A stretch of 63,853 nt of DNA, counting the filler, from Octopus bimaculoides (Eukaryota): NCBI RefSeq assembly GCF_001194135.2. It is 9 parts of 9 records of this genome, joined end to end, with 100 filler letters (N's around TTAATTAATTAA, not from the genome) between each part and the next. Parts side by side here need not be neighbours in the genome. Positions count along the whole stretch, not along the records: positions 1 to 1,784 come from NC_068988.1; positions 1,885 to 9,211 come from NC_068984.1; positions 9,312 to 22,304 come from NC_068995.1; 6 more parts are not named here. One strand, 5' to 3'. Made by a program: the position numbers and the translations under genes. The stretch's first letter is position 1, and every line of letters starts with the position of its first letter. The notes below the pieces were generated by a model, which saw only the letters and a program-made list of their open reading frames with translations, was not told the DNA's origin and searched no databases. Positions 1 to 13,366 of the stretch are shown here, one piece after another.

Positions 1-966
1 GAGAGAGAGTAAGAGAGAGGAGAGAAAGAGTAGGGGTGAAGAGAAGTGGGAGTGGAGAGAAGTATGAAGAGAGGTACAAAGAAGTAGGAGTCGGAGCAGG
101 AGGTGGGGGAGGGGAGAGATGGGTGGTAGGAGGGAGGGTGGGGGAGAGAGACAGGAGGAGGGGGTTAGATGAAGAGTGGAGGGGAGTTGAGCCCATGTGG
201 CGCAAAGGAGCGTACACACACACACACACACACGAAAGGCATTTTTCAATTTCTGCCTTCCAAATCTATCATCACAAAGCTCTGGTCGGCCCTTCTCTAC
301 AAAAGAAGACATTTGCTTAAAGTTCCACTGCTTAATCGGAACTTAAGATATCCATATAGCTTCTTTAGTCTGTGTAAAAAAAAAAAAGAAGCTTATGATT
401 CCAACAGGAAAGCGTGAGACATTAAAACTCCCGACTGTTACCATTTTCTCGTTAATATTCACTTTGAAGCAATATAAATATACATATTCGTGGTGACGCA
501 TAAGAATTTTTCTACATTCTGTGGGATTTTCCTACTCATTACACGAACTAACTATTACGCGAACATTAGTACTACATATTGACCCAAGACCTTTCTAACT
601 TTGAGTTGAAAAAGTAAATCATTAGTAGAGTAATCCATGCAGGTATATCTGCACGAGACACCTTACATCGTTGGACATTCCTCTATATAATATATAAAAT
701 TCATATTCGGAGTTTAACCTGTCCTTCTACTCTAAGGACTAATTGCTTACTAGAGATAATCATTGCACACTTAACTGAAATAGCATGCAGAATGAATTTA
801 AGCACAATGTTTGATGTAGAGCGGATTAGCAAGGGCTCTCTACTTAATTGGTAACATGATCGCTTGGCTAGCCAAACACACGTGATTCGGATCCTATCGG
901 TAGATTTGTTTCCCATCTTCTATCTCAGATTGGGGCTTATCATCTATATCATATTACGTTCTTTGC

Positions 967-999
<33 letters not shown>

Positions 1000-1017
1000 T
1001 GTATGTATGTACGTATG

Positions 1018-1083
<66 letters not shown>

Positions 1084-1592
1084 TGTATGTATGTATGTAT
1101 GTTTTCCTCTTTCTCTTTATAATTTAGAGTAAATTTTGACCGGCCACCTACTTGGTAGCAAGGTTGTGAAGGAAAAACATCTTATTTTGTTCATTATCTT
1201 TTCTGTTAGCTATTAAATCTTAAGAAACTCTTGCAAATTTCTATAATCCCTGGCATCGTTATCATTTGTAGAGTATGAATTAAGGATTTGCGTGAGTTCG
1301 ATTCCAGGAGGCGCGTTGTGTTCTTGAGCAAGACACTTTATTTCACGTTGCTCCAGTCCACTCAGCTGGCAAAAATGAGTAGTACCTGTATTTTAAGGGA
1401 CAAGTCACACTGAATCTTCCTATGAACAACGTTAAGGGTAATTTCATGAGCAGGCTGTCCCGTTGATCGGATCAACTGCATCCCTCATCGTCATAACCTA
1501 CCGAGTGCCAGTTACGTATGTATGTATGTATGTATGTATGTATGTATGTATGTATGTATGCATGCATGTATGTATGTGTGCGTGTATGTGTG

Positions 1593-1652
<60 letters not shown>

Positions 1653-1654
<2 letters not shown>

Positions 1655-1784
1655 GACAGGAGCCATCATCAATAACAAATGGTGGTTTGCCCTCAAGAGA
1701 GCAATAAAAGCAGAAGCGGTTAGGTATAGCAAAGCACTAGCCATAGACAGAAACAGAGTAGAGGGTGAACTAGTTAAGAAGCTA
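1653..1784 (+). mobile_element. L1/Tx1-clade LINE ORF2 fragment
   Basis: GAIINNKWWFALKRAIKAEAVRYSKALAIDRNRVEGELVKKL resembles the WWxxxKxxIK linker between endonuclease and RT. Runs into a gap. Confidence 0.55.
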
Positions 1785-1828
1785 NNNNNNNNNNNNNNNN
1801 NNNNNNNNNNNNNNNNNNNNNNNNNNNN

Positions 1829-1840
1829 TTAATTAATTAA
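1829..1840. other. Assembly linker TTAATTAATTAA centred in 100-bp N gaps
   Basis: The identical 12-mer sits within N runs at 1829, 9256, 22349, 33357, 40535, 45115, 55536 and 60552. It gives stop codons in all six frames. Confidence 0.95.
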
Positions 1841-2446
1841 NNNNNNNNNNNNNNNNNNNNNNNNNNNNNNNNNNNNNNNNNNNNATATATATATATATAT
1901 ATATATATATACATGCGTGTAGGTGTATAAGAGAAATTTGCACAGCAAGCAAAACAAATGTATAAGGAAGATAAGTAAATCTATAAATCAGTAGGTATGT
2001 GTAAGAAAATATTTATCTTGCTTGCTATTCCAGGTTTTGAAGCGAGTATATCTATCTTAGGAAAGTTTATTGGATCTTCTAAGTCTTGGTTAATCACTGC
2101 ATCTTTTGTTGTTCCATATTTGTCGTTGAAACACAATCAATATTCTGTTGTAAAATTTGTTAGGTAAAGATTTCGAATGTACATTTGTAATAAACAAATA
2201 CACCTTAAATGAAATCATAGAAATACGATAATGTAGAAAGAAGAAAATAAGCTGAAGACATATTGTATACTTATCTTGATACATTCCTGTGATTTCTCTG
2301 CTAATGTAAAATGTTCTTTGTTGTCTAATTGTAATCAGTATGGTTCAGCACTGACAACACAGACTACAATATGAATTGTATTCCTCTAAACTATATTTTC
2401 AATGGTGTTTAAGTCTTAGAGAATGCGCATTACGTTGGCATTATAT

Positions 2447-2640
2447 TGGCAGAATTGTTAGCACGCTGGATGAAATGCGCAGCGGTATTTTCCGTCGCTA
2501 TGTTCAGAGTTCAAATTCAACCGAGGTTGAATCTTCCTTTTATCCTTTCGGGGTCGATGAAATACGTACCAGTATAGCACTGGGAATCGGTTGTACTCCT
2601 CCCCCAAAATTCCAAGCTTTGTGTCTATCACAGAAAGGAT
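2447..2640 (+). mobile_element. SINE family A copy
   Basis: Shares ggcagaa.gttagcacg...gttcaaattc...cctttcggggtcgat. Further copies (approximate): 7892-8092+, 10196-10256+, 12151-12318-, 30145-30290+, 40052-40267+, 41005-41125-, 47025-47232+, 49010-49150-, 50727-50893+, 57545-57690-. Confidence 0.85.
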
Positions 2641-4048
2641 ATTGACATTCTGTCGCAATGATTCCTACTCTTTTGTACTCTATCTTATACCTAGTGACCA
2701 AACCCAATAATTATGACCACGAATGAGGGTCACGTAACATTATAATATCGTAAATTTCAGACTTCTAAACAATAGGTTAATAACAATAAATTTTAGAAGA
2801 GTAATTTCTCTGGTACCAGAATGTATAGTTAATCAGTCCTTTGTGCTATTTTACCCACGAATTCCTTGTACAATCGAAGAGAGTAGAAATGGTGATTCTT
2901 CAAATTACTATTTTAGCTAGCAAACAAAGACGCTTTGCAATCGCCCCTCTGGCTAGAAACAGCAGCCGAATATCTCTCTAATTACACCTTATCATCTTTT
3001 TTTTTTAATGGAAGGAAAATTGGATAATATCCTAAATATATTTTTGAAGAAATCAAAACGGTTGGTCACGACTAGAACGCCTTTAGTCATAGGTTTCCTC
3101 TGACTTGAGAGTTATATAGAGCCTCCGTCAGTCAAAGTTCTATGTGTCTGCACATGTAAATGCAGGCCTGAGCAATATCCTTTAGTTACTGATGTTTATC
3201 AAAGAGAAAGGCTGCCGATTTGAACTGAGACAGTTTGGTATCAGTCGTTGCAGGCGTTGATCTGAAAACACAAAAAACCGGAACCGGAACATATACCACA
3301 AGACATTTTACTTAATGCTCTAATAGTTCAGCCAACCAACTTAATAGGTTGATGCTTTGCATCGACCCAGAAAAAAGTTATGCAATGTTGACCTCGGTGG
3401 GACATGAACTCAGACACTCTGAAGAAATACCGCGATGCATAATACCCAAACGCTCTTAACGGCTCTGAAAAGTCGTCTCTTGAGAATCAAACAGAAGCAA
3501 AGAATGAATCGATTTTCTACTTTGTAAGGTGCTTGTAAACGAAATTATTCTACCTTGGTTATCAAGAATAATTATCAGTAAATAGAGCTTCTATTTGTCT
3601 TCTTGTCAATAATCCATGAAAGTATTTGAACAGAATATAAGATAACGAAATTGTATATTATATAGTGAATCAATTGCTGTAATATTTTCAAGGTAACTAT
3701 AACAGTTAAAATCCCATCTCCATAAACGGACGAAACAAGGACGACGGAATATGAACCGTCGACTCTATCCCCACCTACTCAAATGAGTGCTAGCTTATTT
3801 GATGTAGCCAGGACTTTTTAATTAATGTGAACATTAAAAAAAAAGACAGAAGGGAGAGCATTTATGGTTTTAATTAACTAAAATTTGTTAAATATGAAAT
3901 ACAGTGAAGTGTTTTTCGTCTCCACAATATCCACTATGTATCGAAATCATTGTCAAAAATATTTTTTAATTAAAATTTAAATGTCCATTTTGGTTTTCTA
4001 TTTTTGTTTATTTTTTGTATTGTTTTGGTTATGTCTTGTTTGTTTTAG

Positions 4049-4193
4049 GAAAGGATAAAGGGGTCCCTATCATCCTTTATAACTTACGTGGGAGAGAAAT
4101 TTTACACGGAGTATGAAGTAAAAATCCAAGCATTTAACGATTTTGGCTTCGGACCGAATTCAACCATCCATACAATCTTTTCTGCTGAAGACA
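4049..4193 (+). CDS. Cont: Contactin-like protein exon, second half of FN3 repeat 2
   Basis: tgttttAG acceptor and GTAAGA donor, phase 0 to 1. Translates ERIKGSLSSFITYVGEKFYTEYEVKIQAFNDFGFGPNSTIHTIFSAED, with the FN3 motif YEVKIQAFNxxGxGP and the contactin-type linker IFSAED. Splices in frame to 5499. Not in the ORF track. Confidence 0.9.
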
Positions 4194-4732
4194 GTAAGAT
4201 ATAAACTTTTTAGTTTTGACTTCTCAAAGCAAAATTTAACCTTCATAGGAAACTTGTGCAAGTTCTTTCTGATTAGAGGATGTGAATAAAGTATGTTTAT
4301 AGTTTCTTTGTACCGAAGTATGAATTCCAGAATGATTAAACGTACAAAAAAAAAACAATACATATGTAATTATTTGGTGCAGGAAAGGAAAATCAGAGAT
4401 TAGAAAAGTAGAGCACATTACTCAGAAATTTTCTTTAAATATAACTACAAATATGAATATTATCTAATAAAGATGAAAACGAAGAAAAAACTACATTCTC
4501 GATACAGAAGAAAACANNNNNNNNNNNNNNNNNNNNNNNNNNNNNNNNNNTATATATATATATATATAATAATATTAGGCACAAAATCCAAAATTTATTA
4601 TATTTATCTTATGATATTTACTTTACTTTATATTATACTCATTTATTGTGCTTTTAATTATTAATTTTTCTATATGTGATAGTGGATTTTCATCGATGAG
4701 TTCTTGATAATTGGTTATTTTCCCTAAAACTA

Positions 4733-4771
<39 letters not shown>

Positions 4772-5498
4772 TGTATGGAAAGTTCATTGTGTTACAGTTT
4801 GAAGTTTCACGTCCGGTATGAAGCTAGGTAGTAACCACTGTGGAGCATTGAACCTACCAATACAGGCAATAATGTTGTGCGAAGGAAGCAAAAATAAAGA
4901 GTAAAACGGTCATACACCCACAGAAAAAGACCGATCAAAATACGATGTTTACATATATTTTCTCCTTTTCCTGGTAGTGAAATTTGTGCACGCGCATAAG
5001 CGCACAGCTTAGAAGGAACACTGTTTCTGAGTATGTTTAAAATGTTTAAAATGTTTAAAACAGCTAAAAGAAAAAAAGGAGAATATGAGGCAGACAATAT
5101 TCAGTATAGAATATTTACGAGGAATACATACAGACTGCAGACTGCATTGAGAAAGATGTTTTCATTGTCCGTCTATTATACAGATGCATTTCGACAAGAT
5201 TTTACAAGTCATGTAAATGAAGAAAACAAACCTAGAGTTAGGATTTAATTGCTGAAAGTTGTTTAGGAGATTTTCTTTGTATCTACAATTTTGAAAATAC
5301 TCCAGTAAACCTACCCTATTTTTAAAAACCTACTGAGTTTAATCAAGTATTTCGGAAAAAAATCAGTTATTTCTACAAATATTTGTTCTAACATTGTGAG
5401 ATCTTCTCTGCATTTCGTATTGCTATTGTTTAGATTGTTTATCTTTTTTAATCTATTAGTAAACATTGCATTTTACAGACAAATAATATTTATTTCAG

Positions 5499-5620
5499 TG
5501 CCCCTAGGAGTCCCAGCGAACGTGTTTGCCACAGATTACAACGGAACAGCAATGGATGTTACCTGGGATCCAGTAAGTGACACACGGGAAGTGATGCGGG
5601 GTCGTGTTCAAGGTTATCAG
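5499..5620 (+). CDS. Cont: Contactin-like protein exon, first half of FN3 repeat 3
   Basis: tatttcAG acceptor and GTAATT donor, phase 1 to 0. (M)PLGVPANVFATDYNGTAMDVTWDPVSDTREVMRGRVQGYQ resembles the invertebrate contactin pattern NSTAxxVTW...RxxxRGxxxGY. Confidence 0.92.
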
Positions 5621-5892
5621 GTAATTATTTAAAATAAATACTGAATATACGTGTTAATCAGCTTAATTAACACATTAAACAACACAAATTTTGCTATTGC
5701 TTTGAAGTTTTGCTCGAAATTTAAACTAGTCACAGATAAATTTAACTAACTTTTAATTAATTTAGTTTAGACTGATTATCACTAATCTTTGTAAAAAAAA
5801 AGTTTATTTGTAAAACACGAAGACATCTTAAAGCAAGACAAATTAGTAAAACTGTTGCATTTCAGCTGCAACCTAATGCACAAAATTGATTT

Positions 5893-6152
5893 AGGTGCAG
5901 GTGTGGCTGTGTAGTATGGAGCTTGCTTCCCAACCACATGGCTCCAGGTTCATCCCCACTGCATGACACATTGGACAAATGTCATGTCAGTGGGATTAGT
6001 AGACGAAAACTGAAAGAAGCCCGTCGTGTGTGTGCGTGTACATGTGTGTGTGTACGTGTGTGTGTGCGTGTACATGTGTGTGTGTCTTTGTGTCAGTGTT
6101 TGTTTCCCCATAATCGCTTGATAATCGGTGTTGTGTTTACGTGCCCGTAACT
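5893..6152 (+). mobile_element. tRNA-derived SINE family B (head, internal microsatellite, tail)
   Basis: gtggctgtgtagta...gcttgcttcccaaccacatgg...ggttca.cccactg...gaaactgaaagaagcccgtcg-(GT)n-cgcttgataatcggtgtt. Other heads: 9041-9185+, 10257-10405-, 11900-12062-, 26410-26490-, 27629-27780-, 33440-33592-, 33692-33840-, 39335-39487-, 41145-41312+, 57243-57370+. Tails only: 9645-9840-, 18985-19165-, 25295-25505-, 60108-60162-. Confidence 0.85.
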
Positions 6153-6249
6153 TCATTACAATTATTAACACATGAAGCTGAATGTACATGGTACGAATGA
6201 CACGTCACTCATCAAACTAATTGAATGTTTTTGTTTGATATTTTTCCAG

Positions 6250-6436
6250 GTGAACTACTGGGACCGAGACAGAGACGACCCTATCAGGTATTCTGTGCGT
6301 CAGTATAACACTGAAGGAAAAACTGTGGTGATCGGCCTTTTACCAAATTCTTATTACTGGGTTACTGTACAAGTTTTTAATACTGCTGGACTAGGACCTG
6401 TCAGTGAAACTTATCTCGGTACCACTGGAATGGAAG
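6250..6436 (+). CDS. Cont: Contactin-like protein exon, second half of FN3 repeat 3
   Basis: ttttccAG acceptor and GTAAGT donor, phase 0 to 1. VNYWDRDRDDPIRYSVRQYNTEGKTVVIGLLPNSYYWVTVQVFNTAGLGPVSETYLGTTGME contains FN3 motifs GLxPxxxY and FNxAGxGPxSE. Confidence 0.95.
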
Positions 6437-6936
6437 GTAAGTATTGTTCAAATGCTTATATAATGATATATTTGATAATCTTTCCAGTTTGAATCTTAGT
6501 TTGTGCTTATTCCTAATATAGTTAAACATAATACACATAACTTTTTCCAGCTCTCTGTTAAACTAAGCTAGAGATGGCAGTCTTTGAGAGTCGTAAACGA
6601 AGCACTTATGCGGAGAATAAAAAAAAAGCAAAATTCAATTATTAAGCCGCAAAACTGTCAAGGTATCGGACGCTCTCCGACAAGTTCGTGGTCAAGCTTG
6701 TGGCAGTGGGAGACGTCCGGTGCTTTTGGCCCTCCCCCACCCCTGCTCGACGCTATTAGGGTGGAGATGGCTTCTCGCAATTGCGAGCGCCGTGAATCAG
6801 AATGCTCCCCTCGGAGGGAACGCCTTTTCCATTTTGCCTGCTAGGATTATAAGGCGGTCTGACTTACCGGAAATTGTACCTTCCGCTCCCTAATGTGTTG
6901 TTACTCCACATATACATGCATACATACATACATACA

Positions 6937-7008
<72 letters not shown>

Positions 7009-7041
7009 GACGAGGAATATTAAGTAAAGACCCTGAAGAAA

Positions 7042-7252
7042 CTTTTCTCCTCTAGGCAACAAGGCCCGAAATATGGGGGGAGGGGGCAGTCGATTAGATT
7101 GACCCTAGTACGCAACTGGTACTTAATCTATCGACCCCGGACCGATGAAAGGGAAAGTCAACCTCGGCAGAATTTGAACAAAGAACGTAATGACATGAAA
7201 TACCGCTAAGCATTTTGCCCGTCGTGCTAACGCTTCTGCCAACTCGCCGCCT
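7042..7252 (-). mobile_element. tRNA-derived SINE family A, full length, 17-bp TSD
   Basis: Flanked by taaagaccctgaagaaa at 7025-7041 and 7253-7269; lies in a contactin intron. Confidence 0.92.
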
Positions 7253-7567
7253 TAAAGACCCTGAAGAAATTGTGCCAGTGTTATAGTAGGGTTGCAATTG
7301 AAACGGTTACTAATCAATGCAGTTGTAACATGTAGGTCTATGTAAAGCTGTATACATATATTAAGAGAATTAAACGGTAATGCTTGCAACTTCGTAATAA
7401 TCCTTATTATTAATATTGTAACTAACTAACTAATTGTCTATAATAGTCCAATAGGGACCTAACAAACTGAAACTTCGAAGTCACTGTCAATACAATTCTT
7501 GTTAATGTATGATAAACTGCGGTAGCTGTCGTATCGCTGGTGGGGGCGACTGATCGTTGTTATCGCT

Positions 7568-7800
7568 GGCGGTACAGTGTCCATCATTGACAAAACCAAG
7601 GAAGCTGTAAATCACGTGATCTGGTGGTCTCGGGCCTGGAGATGGCGTGGGTTTGTTTTCCTGCTAATGACATAGACAAGCGTGCATCTTGCACCAAAAG
7701 CCAATATGAGAGTTTCGTCCATGGTATCTACCGCAGTATAGTTTGTTCTAAAAGAACATCCACGTTTCAGTGCGGATAAATTTTACTTCTATGACCATCT
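7568..7800. repeat. Unclassified interspersed repeat; homologous copy at 18661-18892
   Basis: Colinear shared blocks tccatca...aaggaa, gatctggYggt, gcgtgcat..tgcaYcaaaa and taccgcagtatagtYtgttctaaMagaacatc. Confidence 0.75.
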
Positions 7801-8780
7801 TGCTTTCTTTTCATATATACTTGTAATATGTAGCCTGTTTTTATTCTGTATTATCTCAGTTTGTTTATTACTGTTAATTCACGATCATATAACAGATTCG
7901 TTACCATGCCAGGCGAAACGCTTAGCGGCGTTTCTTCCAGCTTTATGTTCAGAGTTCAAATTCCGCCGAGGTCGACTTTGCTTTTCATTCTTTCAGAGTC
8001 AATAAAATAAGTACCAGTTGAACACTAGAGTCTATGTAATCGACTTGAAACCCTCACCTCAAAGTTGCTAGCCTAGTACTAAAATGAGAAGGAATTATTA
8101 TTAATTAGCTAGCAAACTTACTTATTCAAACTCTCATGTTCATGAAAAACTCAACTAAACTACTTTTTCTTCAGCTACAAAAATAATTCCCAGTTTGGTG
8201 TAACATTGTTAATATTTTATTTTTGTGTAAATCTTTTCCTCCCTTCTAAAACCCACATTGCATATAAAACCAGTACAATATTTGCCAGGGACACAAGTCA
8301 CGTGTGCTCAAACATACACACTCACTCATATACTACTTCACTCGTATACATTTACACACAAACACACACATTTTGTACTACTATACTTAAATTTAAACCA
8401 ATCAAACATTTACGTAACACAGTGGGCCGCTAAAGGAATATATAATATTTAAATGGACTACTCATTTATCACTCAGTTACCTCAACACGTAATTCAACCA
8501 AATTTCTTTAAGTTGATGTCTATGGTTTCATTTAAAACTATTCGAAACTTGTGATAATGATATGATTCTCAGTACGACGTTCTGGCTTTATACAAAGCAT
8601 TTCTTTCATTAGAATATTCGCAGAGAAAAAATAGTTGTGAAAAATATATTATTTCTCTTCATCAGAAATCAGATTTTTCATAAAATATGTTAGTAAAATG
8701 AAATGTTTACAACTTGGTGACACAATCTGGTGTTCATAGATGACTAAAATATATATACATTCTTTTTTGCTATTTTAAAG

Positions 8781-8899
8781 CTCCTGAGGTATATCCAACC
8801 GAAGTACACGTCTATTCACATGGTCCTGATAGTGTATTAGTGACGTTTAGAGGTGTTACTGTGGAATCAGTGGATGAAGATTCAGTGTCTGGTTATAAG
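8781..8899 (+). CDS. Cont: Contactin-like protein exon, first half of FN3 repeat 4
   Basis: ttttaaAG acceptor and GTATAT donor, phase 1 to 0. (A)PEVYPTEVHVYSHGPDSVLVTFRGVTVESVDEDSVSGYK is in frame with the 6250-6436 exon. Confidence 0.92.
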
Positions 8900-11481
8900 G
8901 TATATATTTAACTTGCCTTTCTAATAGTCTTTCATGGAAATTCTAATGAACAAAATCAACTAATTTTAACCTTCACGAGAAACTATAGCACTGAACTAAA
9001 TGTAAAAAAGAAAGCAAATACGAAGAAATATAAAAAAAAGTGGCTGCGTGTTTGAGAAGCTTGCTTCCCCACCTTGCAGTCTTGGGTTCGGTCCCACTGT
9101 TCAGCAACTTGGACAAGTGTCAATTACTGTAGCTCCGGTCCGACCAAAGCCTTATTAGTTGGTAACTAAAAGTAGTCTGTCGTATGTATATATATATATA
9201 TATATATATATNNNNNNNNNNNNNNNNNNNNNNNNNNNNNNNNNNNNNNNNNNNNTTAATTAATTAANNNNNNNNNNNNNNNNNNNNNNNNNNNNNNNNN
9301 NNNNNNNNNNNAATAAAAAGGAAAAAAAAAAAGGAAAAAATATATAAGTAACAATTTTTCTTCTTACTCAAATTGCAGGGTTTTTTTTTTTTTTTTGTTC
9401 TTTTACTCATTGGCATGAAATATCTTTTTTCAGTGATGACTTAATCAAGCTACCCCAGTTGTAATAAGAGCCAGTAACACCCAACTTTTGATTTAGTCAT
9501 TAAAAGAAACTTCTGCGCTTCCGTTTAAAAGTAACTTACAAGTACGCTTCGTGACATTTAATTTTTTTTTTTTTTTGAAGCATTTAATTATGAACAACCA
9601 TTTTAAAAAAACCCCAAGTATACATTTTTTTATACCTTGTACTTTTTTTTACTCATTGGACTGTGGCCATACTGGGGCACCGCCTTGAAGAATGTAGTCA
9701 AAAGAATTTATTTGTTTTTCATTAAATCTGGTAGTTATTATATCGGGCTCTTTTGCCGAATCGCTTGGTTACAGTGATATATAATCTAATCCACACGTTG
9801 TCAAGCTGATTGGTGGGGAGGAATAAACACAACACAAACATAATGACACACACACACACACACACATAAATACACATACACACACATATATATATTATAT
9901 AATTATAGCTAGCTAGGTAGCTAGCTAGGTAGCTAGCTAGGTAGCTAGCCAGATAGATAGATAGATAGATAGATACACACACAGATAGAGAGAGAAATTT
10001 GATATTCATCTCTCATTGGATGAGGTACTTCCTTTGATGAGTCTACCTATATGTACCAAGAACACAACACATCACCTGTTCTAGGTATCGAAACCACGAC
10101 CTCGTGTGTATCATACAAAATTTGCATAACATGATATTTTTTAGAGATGGGTGAGTCACGATATTACATTCACGTAAGGCGGCGCTCTTGTAAAATGGTT
10201 AAGCACGCTGGGCAAAATGATTGGTGGCATTTCGTCCGTCTTAACGTTCTGAGTTAAGTTTCCGTCTACCAAATCCACTCACAAGGCTTTGGTCGGCCCG
10301 AGTCTATAGTAGAAGACACTTGCCCAATGTGCCACGGAGTGGGACTGAACCCGGAACCATGTGGTTGGTAAGCAAGCAACTTACCACACAGCCACTCCTA
10401 CGCCTATACGTCGTCAATAAAAGCAATTTTGTTATACGTAAAAGCTGCGTTCTTATGTAATGTAATACTTCATTTAGCGGAAGCGTGTGTAAGTGAATTC
10501 ATTGGATAAAAAAGTACTTTTTAGCTAGTTAGATAATTTCTATAAGAGAGGAGCCGTCCTCCTGGGGTTAAAAATAGCAGTAACATCGGTTCCTGCGGAA
10601 CAGCCATGTTTAAGTGGTATTATTATTGGTTAAATTTTAAGCGTATTAGAATTAAGTAGAAAAGATAAAATAGGTGTTTAAATAGACTGGGGAACTGGTG
10701 ATGGTTATACAAACTTTTAACCTAATTTAATTAGAATAGGTTGGAAAACGCCCTGTTATAAAATTAACCATTTGTAATTATATCTTAATGAAACTTAATA
10801 ATAAATTAATGCTTTGATACAAAATTATGTTACGAATTCGAAAATGGTATAAATAATTAACAGTGAGAATTTACTTTAATCTAAAATTATTTAATGTAAT
10901 TAATGTATGAAAATGATGTATTAACTATATTTGATTCTAAGTTCAGAGTTTATTAGTCACAAATGCTTAGTTTATAAAATAGGGCATTATTAAACTATGA
11001 AGTTACCATAATTAATGAGTCATTGTGTTATTTATCTTTTTTTTTTTTTCACTGCAGTGCTTTCGTTGTTAAGGAATATTATTTAGATACTGAAAATATT
11101 TTCTATCTTAGATATGAAAATTATTAAAAAAATCGCTCATATTCTATGCGAGAGTGTTAGCATGTAGTTATCAAATTAATAGCTGGTTGGAAATGTAATT
11201 GGCTACAATAGTCTTAATGATTTAAAAATATGTATACAAGGTGAGAAAAATGGCGCATCATTTAAGTAGTTATTTGTTTGAGGAAAGAACTTCTTCCGAT
11301 TCTTTGGTGAAAAGCTGGACAGGTTCTTTATTGCAAGCTTCGGGTTTTAATCAGTGAATATTTTTCCTCGTAGGAAAATCATTATTGCGCCGAACAAAAC
11401 GAAAAAATGCTTCGCAGCATTTTTTCCGGTTCTTTATGTTTTAAGTTCCTTCAAATCCTGTTGATTACGACTTTACTGAAT

Positions 11482-11810
11482 GCGGCGAGCTGGCAGAATC
11501 GTTAGCACGCTGGACGAAATGCTTAGCGGTATTTCACCCGTCGTTACGTTCTGAGATCAAATTCGAGCCGAGTTCGACTTTACCTTTCATCCTTTCGGGG
11601 GTCGATAAATTAAGTACTGGGGCCGATGTAATCGACTATCTCCCTCCCACAAATTTCAAGCCTTGTGCCTATAACAGAAAAGAATAGTCAGCGCGCCGAA
11701 GGAAATGCTCAGCAGCATTTCGTCCGTCTGTGTGTTCTGCGTTCAAATTCCGCCGAGTTTGACTTTACCTTTCATCCTTTTGAGGTCGATGAAACAAGTG
11801 TCAGTTGGAC
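11482..11810 (+). mobile_element. Two adjacent SINE family A copies (11482-11683 full, 11687-11810 partial)
   Basis: Head-to-tail repeats of the family A consensus. Confidence 0.85.
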
Positions 11811-13014
11811 ACTCCGAGCAAATTTATTCCCAGTTGGATGAAAGCGACTAAAATGACACAGGTGAATGGCGCAAGCTCTAATCATAGACCTGTGAGCCGA
11901 GGTGGCAGGAACTGGAGGGAGTAGTTGCCCTTGGTATTCTCTCACTGGGGTTTGGTCGAGGGTGTGGTGGAGGCTTTAGTAGCAAATATTTACCGAAAGT
12001 GTCACGCAGTGGGACTGAAACCGGAACCATGTGATAGCGAAGCAAAGTTGTTACCACACAACCACAACACTTAATCTTAGAGCCGGAAGAAATGGTGATA
12101 AGCATTTTGTCTGGGGCGCTTATAATTCTAACAGCTCACCGTTTTCGGTCATTTGAAATACCGGTTGCCAATTTTGGCACGTAACCAGCAAATTTGGGGG
12201 AAAAGCTTAGGCAATCACATCGATTTCAGCACTCAATACTAACTGTATTTTATCGACAACAATTTCAGAAGGGCAAATTCCACCTGGGCAGAATTTGAAC
12301 ACAAGACGTAAAGCGGGAAGGAATATCTACTTTCTAATACTGCTTAAGAACTTTTGCAAATTAATTTAATCTTGCTTTACTTGGGAATAACCAATCAGCG
12401 TTTGAGGTGGGAGTTAAATTCTTACTTACGTTCTTGAAATGAGATATATAATCTCTTCTCAGACTCCTGAGCCCTAAGTAAAATGTTTATGATCGATATC
12501 TTCTGGTTTTAATATTTTATTTTGCAAGTGTTCATAGTAGTCTTTTAACAATTATGACTAGAATTGTTGTTTAAAATTCCGTTATTGATAAAATTTTCTG
12601 TTTCATAATATGTTTTGTTTTATCAAAGAATATTAAAGTTTTATGCTGATTTCGTAGAATTCTTAATATCACAGTTAAATTTGGTTAAATTTCTTGTTTG
12701 GAAATGTATTTGTTCTATGCGTGATTATATATATGCATACGTATCTGCAGATATATATGTGTATGTGTGTGTGGGTGTGGGTGTGTAAACATATACATAC
12801 ACTTTATATATATACACACATATATGCATATATTGATATGTATATATATATATGTCTCTGTTTGTGCGTGTGTCTTTGTCAACACAGAGCGAAAGAGAGC
12901 GAGAGAGAGGGAGAGAGAGAGAGAGGGAGAGAGAGAGAGGGAGAGAGAGAGAGAGAGAGAAAAAGAGAGATCTTGCTAGGTACATAGATTTGTACAAAAA
13001 TACAGATATATACG

Positions 13015-13058
<44 letters not shown>

Positions 13059-13307
13059 TACAAAATATATATGTATATTATATGCATGTATATAAATATG
13101 TGTATACAAACACAAACACACGTGTATATTTATGCAATTACTTCTGCAAAGACATATATACAAATATAGNNNNNNNNNNNNNNNNNNNNNNNNNNNNNNN
13201 NNNNNNNNNNNNNNNNNNNNNNNNNNNNNNATATATGTATCATTACATACTCACAAATGTACACACATGAACAGTCACATATACACACAATCTCAAACAA
13301 CCGTTCA

Positions 13308-13366
<59 letters not shown>

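Noticed and set aside
1-190. G-rich polypurine tract with quadruplex/triplex potential
   Set aside because: Typical low-complexity (GA)-rich sequence with irregular G runs; nothing links it to function.
1829-1840. TTAATTAATTAA repeated eight times at scattered positions
   Set aside because: Always centred in a 100-bp N run and a six-frame stop; an assembly linker, not biology.
2447-2640. tRNA-like A/B box sequences
   Set aside because: These are SINE heads; no complete cloverleaf, so no tRNA gene is called.
11057-11130. Acceptor followed by VVKEYYLDTENIF, resembling the expected next contactin exon
   Set aside because: Wrong phase for the 8899 donor and an in-frame stop within about 22 codons.
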